64,000 bases of DNA. It comes from Alphaproteobacteria bacterium. GTDB lineage: Bacteria > Pseudomonadota > Alphaproteobacteria > Rs-D84. The stretch's first letter is position 1. Each line of letters starts with the position of its first letter. The stretch spans positions 10,502-74,501 of the forward strand of contig JAVBPX010000007.1 in assembly GCA_031549365.1 (NCBI GenBank), in the 5' to 3' direction. The position numbers and the translations under genes were made by a program. Of the stretch, positions 1 through 10,417 are shown one piece after another. Under the pieces are notes generated by a model, which saw only the letters and a program-made list of their open reading frames with translations, did no database searches and had not been told where the DNA came from.

Positions 1-1071
1 CACAGTCGATCCTTCAACCGATTGCGGCGCCAAATACGAATCAACATATGACCCAACATTTGTCTGTTGCTGAATTTGAATTGATGTGGGCGTAATTGGA
101 TCCCCTGAAATACTCCATTCTGCAATACTGGTCAAAACTTGTAAATGCGTACCAGAAACAACCGTAACAACTTTTTGCTGTTGATGCGATAATAACATTA
201 ATGAAATCGCATCATCATCCAATCCGTTTCCTACATTAAAATTAAAATGATTCCCTGTTTTTGATAACCAAACACCACAAGGCACATCCCGCGTCCCGCC
301 AAAAACCAATCTATTTTGATGAAATGTAACGGACGACGGGAAACCACGGCGTGGTGAAAAAACGCCCTCCTGCCAATCTGGGAAAAATCCAGTCGGACAA
401 TCTTTCAGCGGCCGATTCTGGGAAACATCAATATACTCATCCGTAACAACGCGAATAATAAATTCCCCATCATAAAATCTTAAATGCGATCCAATATCAG
501 ATTGCTTAAAATGATTTTTCTCGGACACATATAAACGAACATGCCCCAATAATTCAGACGTCCCCAATTTTAATGAAACCCCCGAATTATCATCAAATTT
601 CGCGAATGGAATGCAGCGCATACTATCAACCAAATCAAAATAAATATTCGCAATTGAAAATTTTCCATCAGCATTTCGTTTTAAAACTTGCGGCATATAA
701 TCGGTATGAACAAAAATCATTTGGGAAAATCGTTGCGCTGATTGAATTTGGTTCAAATCCTTTTCATCCCAAATCGTATCCAGTTCGGCAATTTTAATAT
801 CATCATCGTAAATTGTTAATTTGCGATCTGTTAAAACACATAAATAATCCATATCATCACGGAATACGAATGAAAACAACCGCGCCTTTCCAACAATTTC
901 ATCAACCAAAACTGTCCCAGATCTACGACGAATACCCCCAGAAACCAAAACATCCATATTTTGTAATTTTGAAACACCATTGATAACATTTTTCAAATCG
1001 TTACGAACATGAGCAAATTTGCTAATTTCCCCAGACGAAAAATTAGATTGCGTTTTGATAAAACGTCCCAC
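1..1071 (-). CDS. Podophage tail tubular protein B-like (T7 gp12/P22 gp10-like); runs off the window start
   Basis: Not in the ORF track. GTG start at 1071 after SD AAGGAG. Manual translation of parts gives MGRFIKTQSNFSSGEIS and GFPSSVTFHQNRLVFGG...WLSKTG, typical tubular-B motifs. Follows the tubular-A gene. Confidence 0.8.
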   Translation of the reverse strand, partial: MGRFIKTQSNFSSGEISKFAHVRNDLKNVINGVSKLQNMDVLVSGGIRRRSGTVLVDEIVGKARLFSFVFRDDMDYLCVLTDRKLTIYDDDIKIAELDTIWDEKDLNQIQSAQRFSQMIFVHTDYMPQVLKRNADGKFSIANIYFDLVDSMRCIPFAKFDDNSGVSLKLGTSELLGHVRLYVSEKNHFKQSDIGSHLRFYDGEFIIRVVTDEYIDVSQNRPLKDCPTGFFPDWQEGVFSPRRGFPSSVTFHQNRLVFGGTRDVPCGVWLSKTGNHFNFNVGNGLDDDAISLMLLSHQQQKVVTVVSGTHLQVLTSIAEWSISGDPITPTSIQIQQQTNVGSYVDSYLAPQSVEGSTV

Positions 1072-1082
1072 ATTTAACTCCT

Positions 1083-1625
1083 TTAATACCTAACATCCAA
1101 TAACGAAAAATGAATTCCCCCATCTCTTGACACTTGGGAACTGTCTATAAATTTTGCCTGACGTAATTCGGCCTCGAACAAAGAAACCAGAGTCCGGTAT
1201 AAATTATAATTCTCGGTCAGAGGCAAACAAAATTCGCACGCCAACTTTAAAACAGCAATTGATTGAAAATATGGAGGATAGTCGGAAACATCGACTCGCC
1301 GAATATAATTCAAATTAATCGAAGATGTATTTGCAAAAATATTTGCACCCATAACTTCATAATTATTTGTTTCATCCACACTTATAATCCGCAAACAATC
1401 AGACGGGATTAAAAAACAATTTTTCCTATCCTCACCTGCAACAGGGATCAATCTTTTTGAAACTCTGGCAAAATTCCAAGGATGCATCGCCACCAAACCA
1501 TCAACAACGCCTGGAAATATTGCATGCGCCATAACGGCCGCAACCGATTCTTCCGACATGGAAACAATCGGTTTTTCACCAATTTTTAATAATGCTTGCG
1601 CGCATAAATCTATTTTGGTTAACAT
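1083..1625 (-). CDS. Podophage tail tubular protein A-like (T7 gp11-like)
   Basis: IDLCAQALLKIGE, HPWNFA and FLIPSDCLRI motifs; 180 aa; lies between the capsid and tubular-B genes. Confidence 0.8.
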   Translation of the reverse strand: MLTKIDLCAQALLKIGEKPIVSMSEESVAAVMAHAIFPGVVDGLVAMHPWNFARVSKRLIPVAGEDRKNCFLIPSDCLRIISVDETNNYEVMGANIFANTSSINLNYIRRVDVSDYPPYFQSIAVLKLACEFCLPLTENYNLYRTLVSLFEAELRQAKFIDSSQVSRDGGIHFSLLDVRY

Positions 1626-1715
1626 TTAAAAACCTCTCTATTAATAAGGGCAACCATAATGGCACCAAACAGCCCATCGCCAAATCGAACACTTGAATCA
1701 GCAATGGGCACAAAA

Positions 1716-1943
1716 TTATAACGCAACCGTTTTAACAACTTCATCCGTGCTTGTTACAACCAATATTCTAGTGGCATCAGTTCCGTTTGTTAAAATCATA
1801 TCGCCCTTGTTCATCAATCCAGAAACAGTATTAAAAAAACCATCGACCTGAATATTTGCAATCGCTTCACGACCGGCATAATGCCACAAAGTAAAGCCAT
1901 TTGCATATGCAATGACCGACAAACATTTATTTGAAAAAGACAT
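1716..1943 (-). CDS. Small phage-associated protein (possible capsid decoration protein)
   Basis: 75 aa with LSVIAYANGFTLWHY; SD AAGGAG; directly downstream of the capsid gene. Confidence 0.65.
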   Translation of the reverse strand: MSFSNKCLSVIAYANGFTLWHYAGREAIANIQVDGFFNTVSGLMNKGDMILTNGTDATRILVVTSTDEVVKTVAL

Positions 1944-2051
1944 AAATAACTCCTTATTTAATTATTAAAAATCCTATCGGTTCGATCTGAAATTCAATAT
2001 ATTATTTTCATTGCAATAATTTATAAAATCTGACCGAACCGGTAAAATTAA

Positions 2052-2873
2052 CTATTGTGCGTCTTCACATTTCAAACGAACAACACCAGATCCATCAACC
2101 ATAATGGCCCCTTGGGACATACTGTTTGATACGAAATGCGCTGCACGTTCACCATGCCAAGAAATATCGGATTTCACATCCTGACCACATGCATGACCAA
2201 TGGCCGAACGGTGATAAATGAAACAATCACGCTCATCTCCATTAATTGGTAACGCATTATGTAAAACCCAAATAATCCCCATCCATTTTTTGGACTCGGA
2301 TCCACTCAATAATGGATATTGATTTCCAACATATTCTGATGATACAAATTCATCCATGGACAATAATTGGTTCCATTGATTAACACCAACAACAGCAAAT
2401 CTCTGACCATCATCTGGCACATCATTTTGATTTAATTTTGCAATTGCGGATAAAATCAAATCCTTGGACAAACCGGTTGAATAATCCCCAACAAATGCGG
2501 TCGCAGAATTCATAGCATTAATAATTAATTCATCGGTTTTTCGACCCAACGCATACGCCCCAGCGGACGCAACAACACGACGTTCATCAACATTGGTTTT
2601 TAATTCATCCAATGCATCAACCCAATCCCCTGCATAAAAATCATTCAACAAACATTCAACTGGCTCATGATCCAAATTCATCACAGGCACCAACCCATGA
2701 CGCGATTTTGAACTGGCAATACCTTTGCCTACTTTTTGAAAAGTTGTGCTTGCGCCAACAACTCCATTTTTTGATCTAACCGTAGCACGCAATTTTGTAC
2801 CAATTTGTTGATACGCCAAATGCACATCGGCTTCGAACTGTTTAACAAACGCTTGGTCAATTGACAAAGACAT
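2052..2873 (-). CDS. Phage major capsid protein, podophage-like
   Basis: SIDQAFVKQFEADVHLAYQ...KLRATVR, AYALGRKTDELII and DVPDDGQRF motifs; SD AAGGAG. Confidence 0.85.
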   Translation of the reverse strand: MSLSIDQAFVKQFEADVHLAYQQIGTKLRATVRSKNGVVGASTTFQKVGKGIASSKSRHGLVPVMNLDHEPVECLLNDFYAGDWVDALDELKTNVDERRVVASAGAYALGRKTDELIINAMNSATAFVGDYSTGLSKDLILSAIAKLNQNDVPDDGQRFAVVGVNQWNQLLSMDEFVSSEYVGNQYPLLSGSESKKWMGIIWVLHNALPINGDERDCFIYHRSAIGHACGQDVKSDISWHGERAAHFVSNSMSQGAIMVDGSGVVRLKCEDAQ

Positions 2874-3026
2874 CTATAACTCCTTTATTAAATTAAAAAA
2901 CCGGGAATGAACCCCACTCCCGGCAAACACAAATACTCTCACAGTTGTACAGGAAATATTAAAAACCAAACGTCAAACAAATCACGATTTTCTGATAATT
3001 CGAAACCCTATAATTTATCTAAATTA

Positions 3027-3097
3027 ATATAAATATATTTATTTCTACATTTTATTTTTCAAATAAAATGCCCCAACAATCGTTGGGACAACAAATA
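3027..3097. repeat. Diverged ~70 bp direct repeat, copy 1 (copy 2 at ~3953-4025)
   Basis: ATATAAATAyATTTATTyCTACATTTT...AAATAAAATGCC..CAACA.TCGTTGGG is present on both sides of the GNAT gene. Confidence 0.7.
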
Positions 3098-3202
3098 ATC
3101 CAATATCAAAATTAATGTTATATTTTTAATAAAATCTCGCGCTGCAAAAATATACTTCTAAACACTCGGGCCCAACTGGGTTCCCCGAAAAACTCACTTA
3201 TT

Positions 3203-3790
3203 TTATTTGAATTCTTTTGCTAATTTTGAAAACAATGCCGAAGTTCTGAATCTATTTTCTTTTCTTACAAATACATCTTCGCGCAATTCGCCCTCAAATA
3301 CATAACCGCAACGGCTGGCTACTTTTTTGCTTTGTTCATTTTCCCTATCGCACCGTATAAAAATTCTATTCATTTTAAAATCATTAAACAGCTCTTTTTC
3401 CAGTGCCGAAATTGCATATTTGATAATCCCTTTGCCTGTCATATCTTTATCCAGCCAATATCCCAATCCACACAACCTGTCTTGCGTATTTATCTTGTGA
3501 ACATCAATCCATCCGCACATAGCGCCATCAAAAAAAATCCCAAACTCAAAATTTTTACAATCCTCCCAATCAGACTTTGCAGCATATAAAAACGCCAAAG
3601 AATCATTAACATCTTTTACAACATCGTCATTTGCCCACTGAACAAATGGCAACAGATGATGCCGATTTCTTTCCGTCATATTAAAAAGCAATCGCGCATT
3701 TTCCAAATCGGGTTCGACAAATCTCAATTCCAAACCTTTGACGTCCGTTGAAATTACTTTTGGAAACATCTTTAAATCAATAACATCCAT
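3203..3790 (-). CDS. RimJ/RimL-family GNAT N-acetyltransferase
   Basis: LGYWLDKDMTGKGI and NEQSKKVASRCGYVFEG motifs; likely ATG at 3790 with SD AAGGA. Confidence 0.85.
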   Translation of the reverse strand: MDVIDLKMFPKVISTDVKGLELRFVEPDLENARLLFNMTERNRHHLLPFVQWANDDVVKDVNDSLAFLYAAKSDWEDCKNFEFGIFFDGAMCGWIDVHKINTQDRLCGLGYWLDKDMTGKGIIKYAISALEKELFNDFKMNRIFIRCDRENEQSKKVASRCGYVFEGELREDVFVRKENRFRTSALFSKLAKEFK

Positions 3791-3952
3791 CAAAAATCCT
3801 TTTATATTTTGTACCAATCGCTTGAAGAATAGCATAAAATTTATATTTTTCAAACTATTAACATATGATTGGCAGAATTGAACTTCGTCTACTTGACGAC
3901 CCACCCACCAGAATTTTAACACAAGGAAAACTCAACGATGCAATCTCAACTA

Positions 3953-4025
3953 TATAAATACATTTATTCCTACATTTTTATTTACCAAAATAAAAATGCC
4001 ACAACACTCGTTGGGCAAAAAATAA
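3953..4025. repeat. Diverged ~70 bp direct repeat, copy 2
   Basis: Aligns by eye with 3027-3097. Confidence 0.7.
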
Positions 4026-4113
4026 AATATTTTAAAGGCTAAATACTCTCTTTCAAAAATCCCCGAACTTTTTTATTGTCCGGGGATCACTCTCTAACAA
4101 GAAATCAAAATTA

Positions 4114-4875
4114 TTACTTCTTGGCAAACATAAATGATAATTCACTATAAATTGCTCGGAACGAAGTAATTGTTAATGTCAAAATAAATGACACTATTGC
4201 GAAACGACGAACTGCAAACCAAACCATATCCCATGAAAACCAACATACTTGGTCCGATAAACAGTATTCCGACAAACTACGTCCAATTATATGCCCAGCA
4301 TCCAAATAATACAGAATTCCCGCTACAAATCCCAATCCCAAAGAAATCACAACGTTTTGTTTTAATTCCTTGGAAACTCTTGGACGACGTTTTTCTGTGT
4401 AATTTCCATAAACAAACAAAAATACACATGCAATAACAAACAAAAACATAGGAATAAAAAATTTCATAAACAACGAAATCCAAACAAAAAATTGGTCAAT
4501 TAAAAACAAATCTAATGAAAACACATCTGTGTATCTATAAACAGCAACCGCATTCATAACACCAAAATAAGTTGCAACAAATGCTGACACCATCATCCAA
4601 AATGCCATAAACCGTCTGGCACCAATATAACCCGCAATATTTGTAATTTCATGCCCAATATTGCTAACTGAATTTTGTGTTTCTTTTAACAACTTTTGCT
4701 CCGCAGCACCCTTTTTTTCAGGCACCACAGAATTTAAATCTTTTTCAACAGCTTCAACCACCTTAACAGGCTTAACAACTTTCTCCGCCTTAACTGATTT
4801 AACAGCCTTAATCTTTTTAACTTTTTTGACCTTAATTTCTCTTGCCAATGAAACTTTCTTTTTTGGTCTTGCCAT
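4114..4875 (-). CDS. Hypothetical membrane protein with Lys/Val-rich N-terminus
   Basis: Likely start MARPKKK after GAGGA; about 4 hydrophobic segments. Confidence 0.7.
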   Translation of the reverse strand: MARPKKKVSLAREIKVKKVKKIKAVKSVKAEKVVKPVKVVEAVEKDLNSVVPEKKGAAEQKLLKETQNSVSNIGHEITNIAGYIGARRFMAFWMMVSAFVATYFGVMNAVAVYRYTDVFSLDLFLIDQFFVWISLFMKFFIPMFLFVIACVFLFVYGNYTEKRRPRVSKELKQNVVISLGLGFVAGILYYLDAGHIIGRSLSEYCLSDQVCWFSWDMVWFAVRRFAIVSFILTLTITSFRAIYSELSFMFAKK

Positions 4876-4954
4876 AATCCAATCCTCTCTATTCTCTCGA
4901 ACTCTCCTAAACAAAAAACGGGTTCAACCAAATGGCCGAACCCGCACAACCATC

Positions 4955-5530
4955 TTATTTTTTCTTTGCTACTTTTTTAACAGCTGGTTTTTTGGCTGCT
5001 GGTTTTTTAACAGCAACTTTTTTTGCAACTGGTTTTTTCGCAGGGGCTTTTTTTGCCACTACTTTCTTAGCAACTGGTTTTTTTGCTGCTGGTTTTTTTG
5101 CAACTACTTTTTTAACAGCTGGTTTTTTGGCTGCTGGTTTTTTAACAGCAACTTTTTTTGCAACTGGTTTTTTCGCAGGGGCTTTTTTAACAGCAACTTT
5201 TTTTGCAACTGGCTTTTTTGCGGCTACAGGTTTTTTTGCAACAGCTTTTTTAACAGCCAATTTTGCAACTTTTTTTGCAACTGGTTTTTTCGCAGGAGCT
5301 TTTTTAACAGCAACTTTTTTGGCCACTGGTTTCTTAGCAACTGGTTTTTTAACAGCTACAACTTTTTTTGCAACTGGTTTCTTAGCGGCTGGTTTTTTCG
5401 CAGCTACTTTTTTAACAGCTGGTTTTTTAACAGCTGGTTTTTTTGCAGCAGCTTTAACAGCAGGTTTCGCAGCTACTTTTTTTGCAGCTGGTTTTTTCCC
5501 TTCGCTAAAGAACTTTGATAATACGGACAT
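4955..5530 (-). CDS. Histone H1-like Lys/Ala/Pro/Val-rich nucleoid protein (HctB/BpH1-like)
   Basis: Pentapeptide repeats [15 protein letters not shown] over about 180 aa; SD-like AAGGA upstream. Confidence 0.8.
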   Translation of the reverse strand: MSVLSKFFSEGKKPAAKKVAAKPAVKAAAKKPAVKKPAVKKVAAKKPAAKKPVAKKVVAVKKPVAKKPVAKKVAVKKAPAKKPVAKKVAKLAVKKAVAKKPVAAKKPVAKKVAVKKAPAKKPVAKKVAVKKPAAKKPAVKKVVAKKPAAKKPVAKKVVAKKAPAKKPVAKKVAVKKPAAKKPAVKKVAKKK

Positions 5531-5649
5531 TCCTTTCTCCTTCCTTATTTATCTCAGATCATTTTTTAATGATCTTAAAACAATTGTAATGGATCTGGAA
5601 ATTTTAGTAAAGCACTTTTTAATAAATTCTAAAAAATAATTTCAAAAAA

Positions 5650-6306
5650 TTACGAATATAATTTTTTAAAACCCGATTCAATTTTTTTTACATACTCTTG
5701 ATCGTGTTCTCTCCAATATTTTGGATCACGCATCATCGTTCGTAAATCATTTTCATTTAATGATGAATCAAAATTTTCACCAGTTGAAATTTTTGGCTCA
5801 ACCGATTGCATCATATTGTATAACGCTTGTATTCCCTTGGCGCTGGAACACATTGTATTCATAACATCTTCCGGCAAAAACTTTTCGCCCCACGCTTGAA
5901 TTGATTCACATGATGAAATCATTTTATCTTTTGAACCAAAAATTTTTTCTAATTCACTTAATTCTTCCAACTCGGATCGAATTTGAAAAATATTATCCAA
6001 CTCTGGTTTTAAAATTTCATCCGCCAACAAATAAATCTGTTCAACTTGATTTTTATTCAAACCAATTTTTTTAAACGTATTTCGAATCGAATCATTATTT
6101 TCAAACATCGGATGTATCGGATATTCTGAAACATCATCCGGCACACCAATTGCTTTGAAAAACTTCTGACGACATTCATCATCCATATCATTATTTGGGA
6201 TTGAAATCATCCCACCCATCTTTTTTTCCAACGCCAAATATGAATTCATCAATGAATCCACATTCAACTCACCATTTTCATTTTTAAATTTTTCTGGAAT
6301 ATCCAT
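5650..6306 (-). CDS. Phage capsid assembly scaffolding protein (T7 gp9-like)
   Basis: N-terminal IPEKF...SYLALEKK and C-terminal LRTMMRDPKYW...GFKKLY; acidic; SD GGAGG. Confidence 0.7.
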   Translation of the reverse strand: MDIPEKFKNENGELNVDSLMNSYLALEKKMGGMISIPNNDMDDECRQKFFKAIGVPDDVSEYPIHPMFENNDSIRNTFKKIGLNKNQVEQIYLLADEILKPELDNIFQIRSELEELSELEKIFGSKDKMISSCESIQAWGEKFLPEDVMNTMCSSAKGIQALYNMMQSVEPKISTGENFDSSLNENDLRTMMRDPKYWREHDQEYVKKIESGFKKLYS

Positions 6307-6469
6307 AACCCCTCCACAGTAAAAGTATTACCCACTTAATGAACGAACTAAAATAACGTCAAAATGGGATGAGTATAAAGAATTCCAAAAATTTTAGGGC
6401 CGCGATGTACATAGTGGTACATAAGGTTCTAAAATTTTTGGAACTTGTTTTTAATCGCCCATTTTCACG

Positions 6470-6658
6470 TTATTTTGCAATACTGGAACGCAGAAAAAAT
6501 ATCCCAGCCAACGGAAACACCGTCTGCAATAAATCAATCAAACCTAAATCTCCGACAAAAAACGCACCGATTGCGGAAATAATTCCAACCCCGGTTGTAA
6601 TATATGTCTTTTTACCTTTAAATAACCCACCATTAATAATGCTTAAAATTGTATTCAT
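6470..6658 (-). CDS. Small holin-like membrane protein
   Basis: 62 aa; LFKGKKTYI followed by two hydrophobic segments; SD AAGGAG; next to a cell-wall hydrolase. Confidence 0.55.
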   Translation of the reverse strand: MNTILSIINGGLFKGKKTYITTGVGIISAIGAFFVGDLGLIDLLQTVFPLAGIFFLRSSIAK

Positions 6659-6783
6659 AATAACTCCTTATATATAATGTCTAAAACACACCAACCTTTG
6701 ACTCTAAAAAAATACCCGTACCAACAAAAGTATTTCAAAATCAATCAAAACGTACTAGTTGGCTTCGCTTTTCATTGATTTTT

Positions 6784-7239
6784 CTATAAATAAAATAACA
6801 AATTCCCAACTTCATAAATATACCCCAACGCTCTGGCCCAATCCGGATCCATATCATTTCGATGAAACCGAACCGCTGAAAATATATTATTTGAAATTTG
6901 TCCTAACATCATCCGCCGAATTGTTCTTAAACAAACCAAAAATTCTTCATCAGTGTTATCAACAAACAAATACGAATGATGATTCGATTCCCGATCTAAC
7001 GATTCAAATAGTGCCGCATCCTCACCAATTGCTTCAAAAGATTGTCCCAACAATTTATGTCGATTTAAAATCATAGCAGCCAATGCTTCCTTAACCGCTA
7101 AATCTTCACCACTTGTTTCCGCATACATTACTCGGGCCAATTTATATTGAATCCTCTTTTCATCATCATAATTTTCAATAATTGTAAAAATCGGCTTTGA
7201 AATTTGTGAAACCATTTCTGTTTTTAAAACAACATTCAT
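6784..7239 (-). CDS. Cell wall hydrolase, SleB/Hydrolase_2-like (endolysin candidate)
   Basis: LARVMYAETSGE...AAMILNR and AVRFH...PDWA...VGNLLFY motifs. Confidence 0.7.
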   Translation of the reverse strand: MNVVLKTEMVSQISKPIFTIIENYDDEKRIQYKLARVMYAETSGEDLAVKEALAAMILNRHKLLGQSFEAIGEDAALFESLDRESNHHSYLFVDNTDEEFLVCLRTIRRMMLGQISNNIFSAVRFHRNDMDPDWARALGYIYEVGNLLFYL

Positions 7240-7523
7240 AAATTGTCTCCTCTCTCTAATTTTTTTTCAATCCTCAACAAATGATCCGTCAACCTAGTTT
7301 CCAAATCCTTCATAGCGGACATACTTGCGTAATTCCTTGCAACATCTAATTTATAATCAGCCAAATCTTTGCGAATTGCATCTACATGAAACGCATAATT
7401 CTCGCGTAAACGTTCAACCAAATGTTCGACTGCCGAAATCTGATTTCGAATCCATAAAAAAAAGCCCCCGATCAAGGGAACTTCTACAACCTGTATCCAC
7501 CAGGCCAAATCCATATTCTCCAT
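7236..7523 (-). CDS. Phage-associated membrane-anchored coiled-coil protein
   Basis: N-terminal hydrophobic segment, then LADYKLDVARNYAS...LLRIEKKL; 4-bp overlap with the hydrolase gene. Confidence 0.6.
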   Translation of the reverse strand: MENMDLAWWIQVVEVPLIGGFFLWIRNQISAVEHLVERLRENYAFHVDAIRKDLADYKLDVARNYASMSAMKDLETRLTDHLLRIEKKLERGDNL

Positions 7524-7537
7524 ACAAAACTCTTATT

Positions 7538-7571
7538 TGTCATTGCGAGGAGCTATGGCTCCGTGGCAATC
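7538..7571. repeat. Palindromic repeat family B (TGTCATTGC...GCAATC); other copies 49157-49183, 51249-51282, 54021-54054, 59214-59247
   Basis: Five intergenic copies with an internal hairpin. Confidence 0.8.
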
Positions 7572-7742
7572 TTTGCAATTATTAAAAAAGTATAAAAAAA
7601 TCGGCCCAGGGCCGATCAAATACACTTCTACTGTTAATGGAAACATAGTACCACATTTCAACCTGAAAGTCAAGACATTTTTTAATAGACAACACGCAAT
7701 TTTCGTTTTATCCTACATCGCTTAAACATGAAAGGCTTAAAA

Positions 7743-9587
7743 ATGAAGATCCGCAATATCGCAATTATCGCACACGTTGACCACGGCAAAACAACCTTGG
7801 TTGATAATATGTTAAAACAATCCGGCACATTCCGCGAAAACGAAAAGGTTGCTGAACGCATGATGGATTCGGGCGACATTGAACGCGAACGCGGCATTAC
7901 AATCAGTGCGAAACCAACATCCATTATATGGAATGATTATAAAATTAATATTATCGACACACCTGGGCACGCAGACTTTGGCGGCGAAGTAGAACGAATT
8001 TTATCAATGGTTGATGGCGTTGTATTATTGGTCGACAGTGCCGAAGGCCCAATGCCACAAACAAAATTCGTACTGGGCAAGGCTTTAAAACTGGACCTCC
8101 ACCCGATTGTTGTGATTAATAAAATCGACCGAAACGATCAACGCGCGGACGAAGTATTAACCGAAGTATTCGACCTGTTCGACAAAATGGGCGCGACAAA
8201 TTCTCAATTGGACTTTCCACATTTATATGCTGTCGGCCGCGAAGGCTGGGCCATCCGTAATCTAAACGATGAACGCAAAGATTTAACACCATTATTTAAC
8301 ATGATCATTGATCACGTACCTGCCCCTGACTGTATTGCGGGCCGTTGCGAATTAAACGCACCATTTAAAATGTTGGCAACCACATTGGAATCAGATCCAT
8401 ATGTTGGACGAATCTTGACTGGTAAAATTGAATCTGGAACGGTAAAAATCAACCAACCAGTACATGCAATTGATATGAACGGCAACATTGTTGAACGTGC
8501 CAAGGTTACAAAAATCATTGAACATCGCGGCATGCAAAAGGTTACCCTGGAATCCGCCAACGCCGGCGACATCGTTGTAATCGCTGGATTTACCAAAGCT
8601 ACTGTTTCTGATACACTATGTGATACAACTGTAACCGAACCGATTCCTGCATTACCAATTGATCCTCCAACACTGTCGATGACATTTTCTGTGAATACAT
8701 CACCCTTGGCTGGGCGCAGTGGCGGGAAAAAATTAACATCTCGCATGATCGGCGACCGTTTATTCAAAGAAGCCGAAACAAACATTGCATTAAAGGTCAA
8801 CGTCAGTGAGAGCAACGAATCATTCGAAGTATCTGGCCGTGGCGAATTACAATTGGGAATTTTAATTGAAACAATGCGCCGCGAAGGATTCGAATTATCC
8901 GTATCCCGCCCACGTGTTATGTTCAAATACGATGAAAACGGCGCACGCCTTGAACCAATCGAAGACGTTGTAATTGATGTCGACGAAGAATACTCTGGCG
9001 TTGTTGTTGAAAAATTATCAAAACGTCGTGCAACTCTGTTGGAAATGAAACCATCGGGATCTGGAAAACTACGTTTAATTTTCTCGGCACCATCCCGTGG
9101 ATTAATCGGATACTTATCCGAATTCCGCACAGACACACGCGGATCAGGAATCATGAACCGAGTATTTAATGGTTACGAACCATACCGTGGCGACATTGAA
9201 CATTACCGTAACGGCGTATTGGTATCCATGGAAACCGGCATGGCCGTAACATACGCACTATATAATTTGGAATCACGCGGAACCTTGTTTGTTGAACACG
9301 GGACATCGGTATATTCAGGTATGATTATCGGCGAAAATGCCAAAGACAATGATTTGGAAGTAAACCCAATCAAAGGCAAAGAATTAACCAACATGCGCGC
9401 ATCTGGATCCGATGAAAAACAATTCTTGGCTCCTCCTCGCCGCATGTCATTGGAAGAATCACTTTCATACATCTTGGACGATGAATTGGTCGAAGTAACT
9501 CCAGACGTAATCCGCCTCCGCAAAAAAGAATTGGATTCGGTCATTCGCAAAAAGAACCTCGGCCGTAAAAACAAAATCGGAGAATAA
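7743..9587 (+). CDS. typA: Translational GTPase TypA/BipA
   Basis: [31 protein letters not shown] and [18 protein letters not shown] motifs. Confidence 0.97.
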   Translation: MKIRNIAIIAHVDHGKTTLVDNMLKQSGTFRENEKVAERMMDSGDIERERGITISAKPTSIIWNDYKINIIDTPGHADFGGEVERILSMVDGVVLLVDSAEGPMPQTKFVLGKALKLDLHPIVVINKIDRNDQRADEVLTEVFDLFDKMGATNSQLDFPHLYAVGREGWAIRNLNDERKDLTPLFNMIIDHVPAPDCIAGRCELNAPFKMLATTLESDPYVGRILTGKIESGTVKINQPVHAIDMNGNIVERAKVTKIIEHRGMQKVTLESANAGDIVVIAGFTKATVSDTLCDTTVTEPIPALPIDPPTLSMTFSVNTSPLAGRSGGKKLTSRMIGDRLFKEAETNIALKVNVSESNESFEVSGRGELQLGILIETMRREGFELSVSRPRVMFKYDENGARLEPIEDVVIDVDEEYSGVVVEKLSKRRATLLEMKPSGSGKLRLIFSAPSRGLIGYLSEFRTDTRGSGIMNRVFNGYEPYRGDIEHYRNGVLVSMETGMAVTYALYNLESRGTLFVEHGTSVYSGMIIGENAKDNDLEVNPIKGKELTNMRASGSDEKQFLAPPRRMSLEESLSYILDDELVEVTPDVIRLRKKELDSVIRKKNLGRKNKIGE

Positions 9588-9600
9588 AAATCCCTTATAA

Positions 9601-9673
9601 AAACCATCTCTCCCCGTTGGGGAGAGATCATAAAACATATGATCTTCGATCATCATGTTTTATAGAGAGGGGG
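9601..9673. repeat. Palindromic repeat family A; other copies 51326-51398 and 59259-59330
   Basis: Near-identical ~73 bp copies: ATCTC.CCCC...GGGGAGAGAT.ATAAAACATATGATCTTyGATCATCATGTTTTATAGAGAGGGG. Confidence 0.9.
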
Positions 9674-9759
9674 ATAGCAACAAAACTATTAACACATTAT
9701 TGCATCCTTTAAAAAAATATGCTATAAATCCAAACGAAAATAAGACCAAAGGACAAAAA

Positions 9760-10311
9760 ATGAAAGACTTCATGAAATCATTCCGCGCATTTTCGGAAAG
9801 CCGTAATATATTGGGCGTTGGAATCGGTGTGGCCCTGGGTGCCAGCTTTGCAAAAATCGTCGAATCCATGGTCCGCGATATTATAATGCCACCATTGGGA
9901 TTAATTTTCGGAACGGTGGATTTATCGAATATATTCTTTACAATATATCCCGGCAACGATGGCAAAATGATTTATAAAACCCTGGCCGATGCACAATCCG
10001 CGCACGCAATAACAATGAACGTCGGATCATTTTTAAATACAATAATCAGCTTTACTCTTGCCGCCATCGCGGTATTCTTGGTCATCCGCTGGCTCAGCCG
10101 CACAAACATAATGATTGATTCCACTGCATCCCGCACAAAATCATGCCCGTTTTGTTTATCGGACATTCCGTACCGCGCAACCAAATGTAAATTTTGCACA
10201 TCAACTCAACCGGAATTAAAACCATCAAAACAAAAACGCGAAAAATCAATTGATGAAAAACTGGTCCACGAAATAAAACGCAGCGTCAAAAAAATCAAAA
10301 AACATATCTAA
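9760..10311 (+). CDS. mscL: Large-conductance mechanosensitive channel with C-terminal zinc ribbon
   Basis: GVALGASFAKIVESMVRDIIMPPLG and GSFLNTIISF motifs; CPFC...CKFC tail. Confidence 0.85.
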   Translation: MKDFMKSFRAFSESRNILGVGIGVALGASFAKIVESMVRDIIMPPLGLIFGTVDLSNIFFTIYPGNDGKMIYKTLADAQSAHAITMNVGSFLNTIISFTLAAIAVFLVIRWLSRTNIMIDSTASRTKSCPFCLSDIPYRATKCKFCTSTQPELKPSKQKREKSIDEKLVHEIKRSVKKIKKHI

Positions 10312-10313
10312 AC

Positions 10314-10338
10314 AAAAATCCCCATCTGGGGATTTTTT
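10314..10338. terminator. Bidirectional intrinsic terminator
   Basis: AAAAATCCCC-ATCT-GGGGATTTTTT between convergent genes. Confidence 0.8.
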
Positions 10339-10417
10339 AATCAATAGTTTCACTCCATTATACAAACATCGTCCGCAATCGATAATAATACAAATAAAAA
10401 AGCAAATCCGATAAAAA

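Noticed and set aside
4955-5500. Repetitive DNA resembling a CRISPR array
   Set aside because: 15-nt coding repeats without unique spacers; no cas genes in the window.
4661-5639. Long plus-strand ORFs (285 and 235 aa) with FFATGF or CNWFF repeats
   Set aside because: Antisense shadows of the H1-like repeat gene.
8312-9631. Minus-strand ORFs (280 and 142 aa) within typA
   Set aside because: Antisense shadows of a conserved gene.
9655-9759. N-terminal extension of MscL
   Set aside because: Begins inside repeat family A; the SD supports ATG at 9760.
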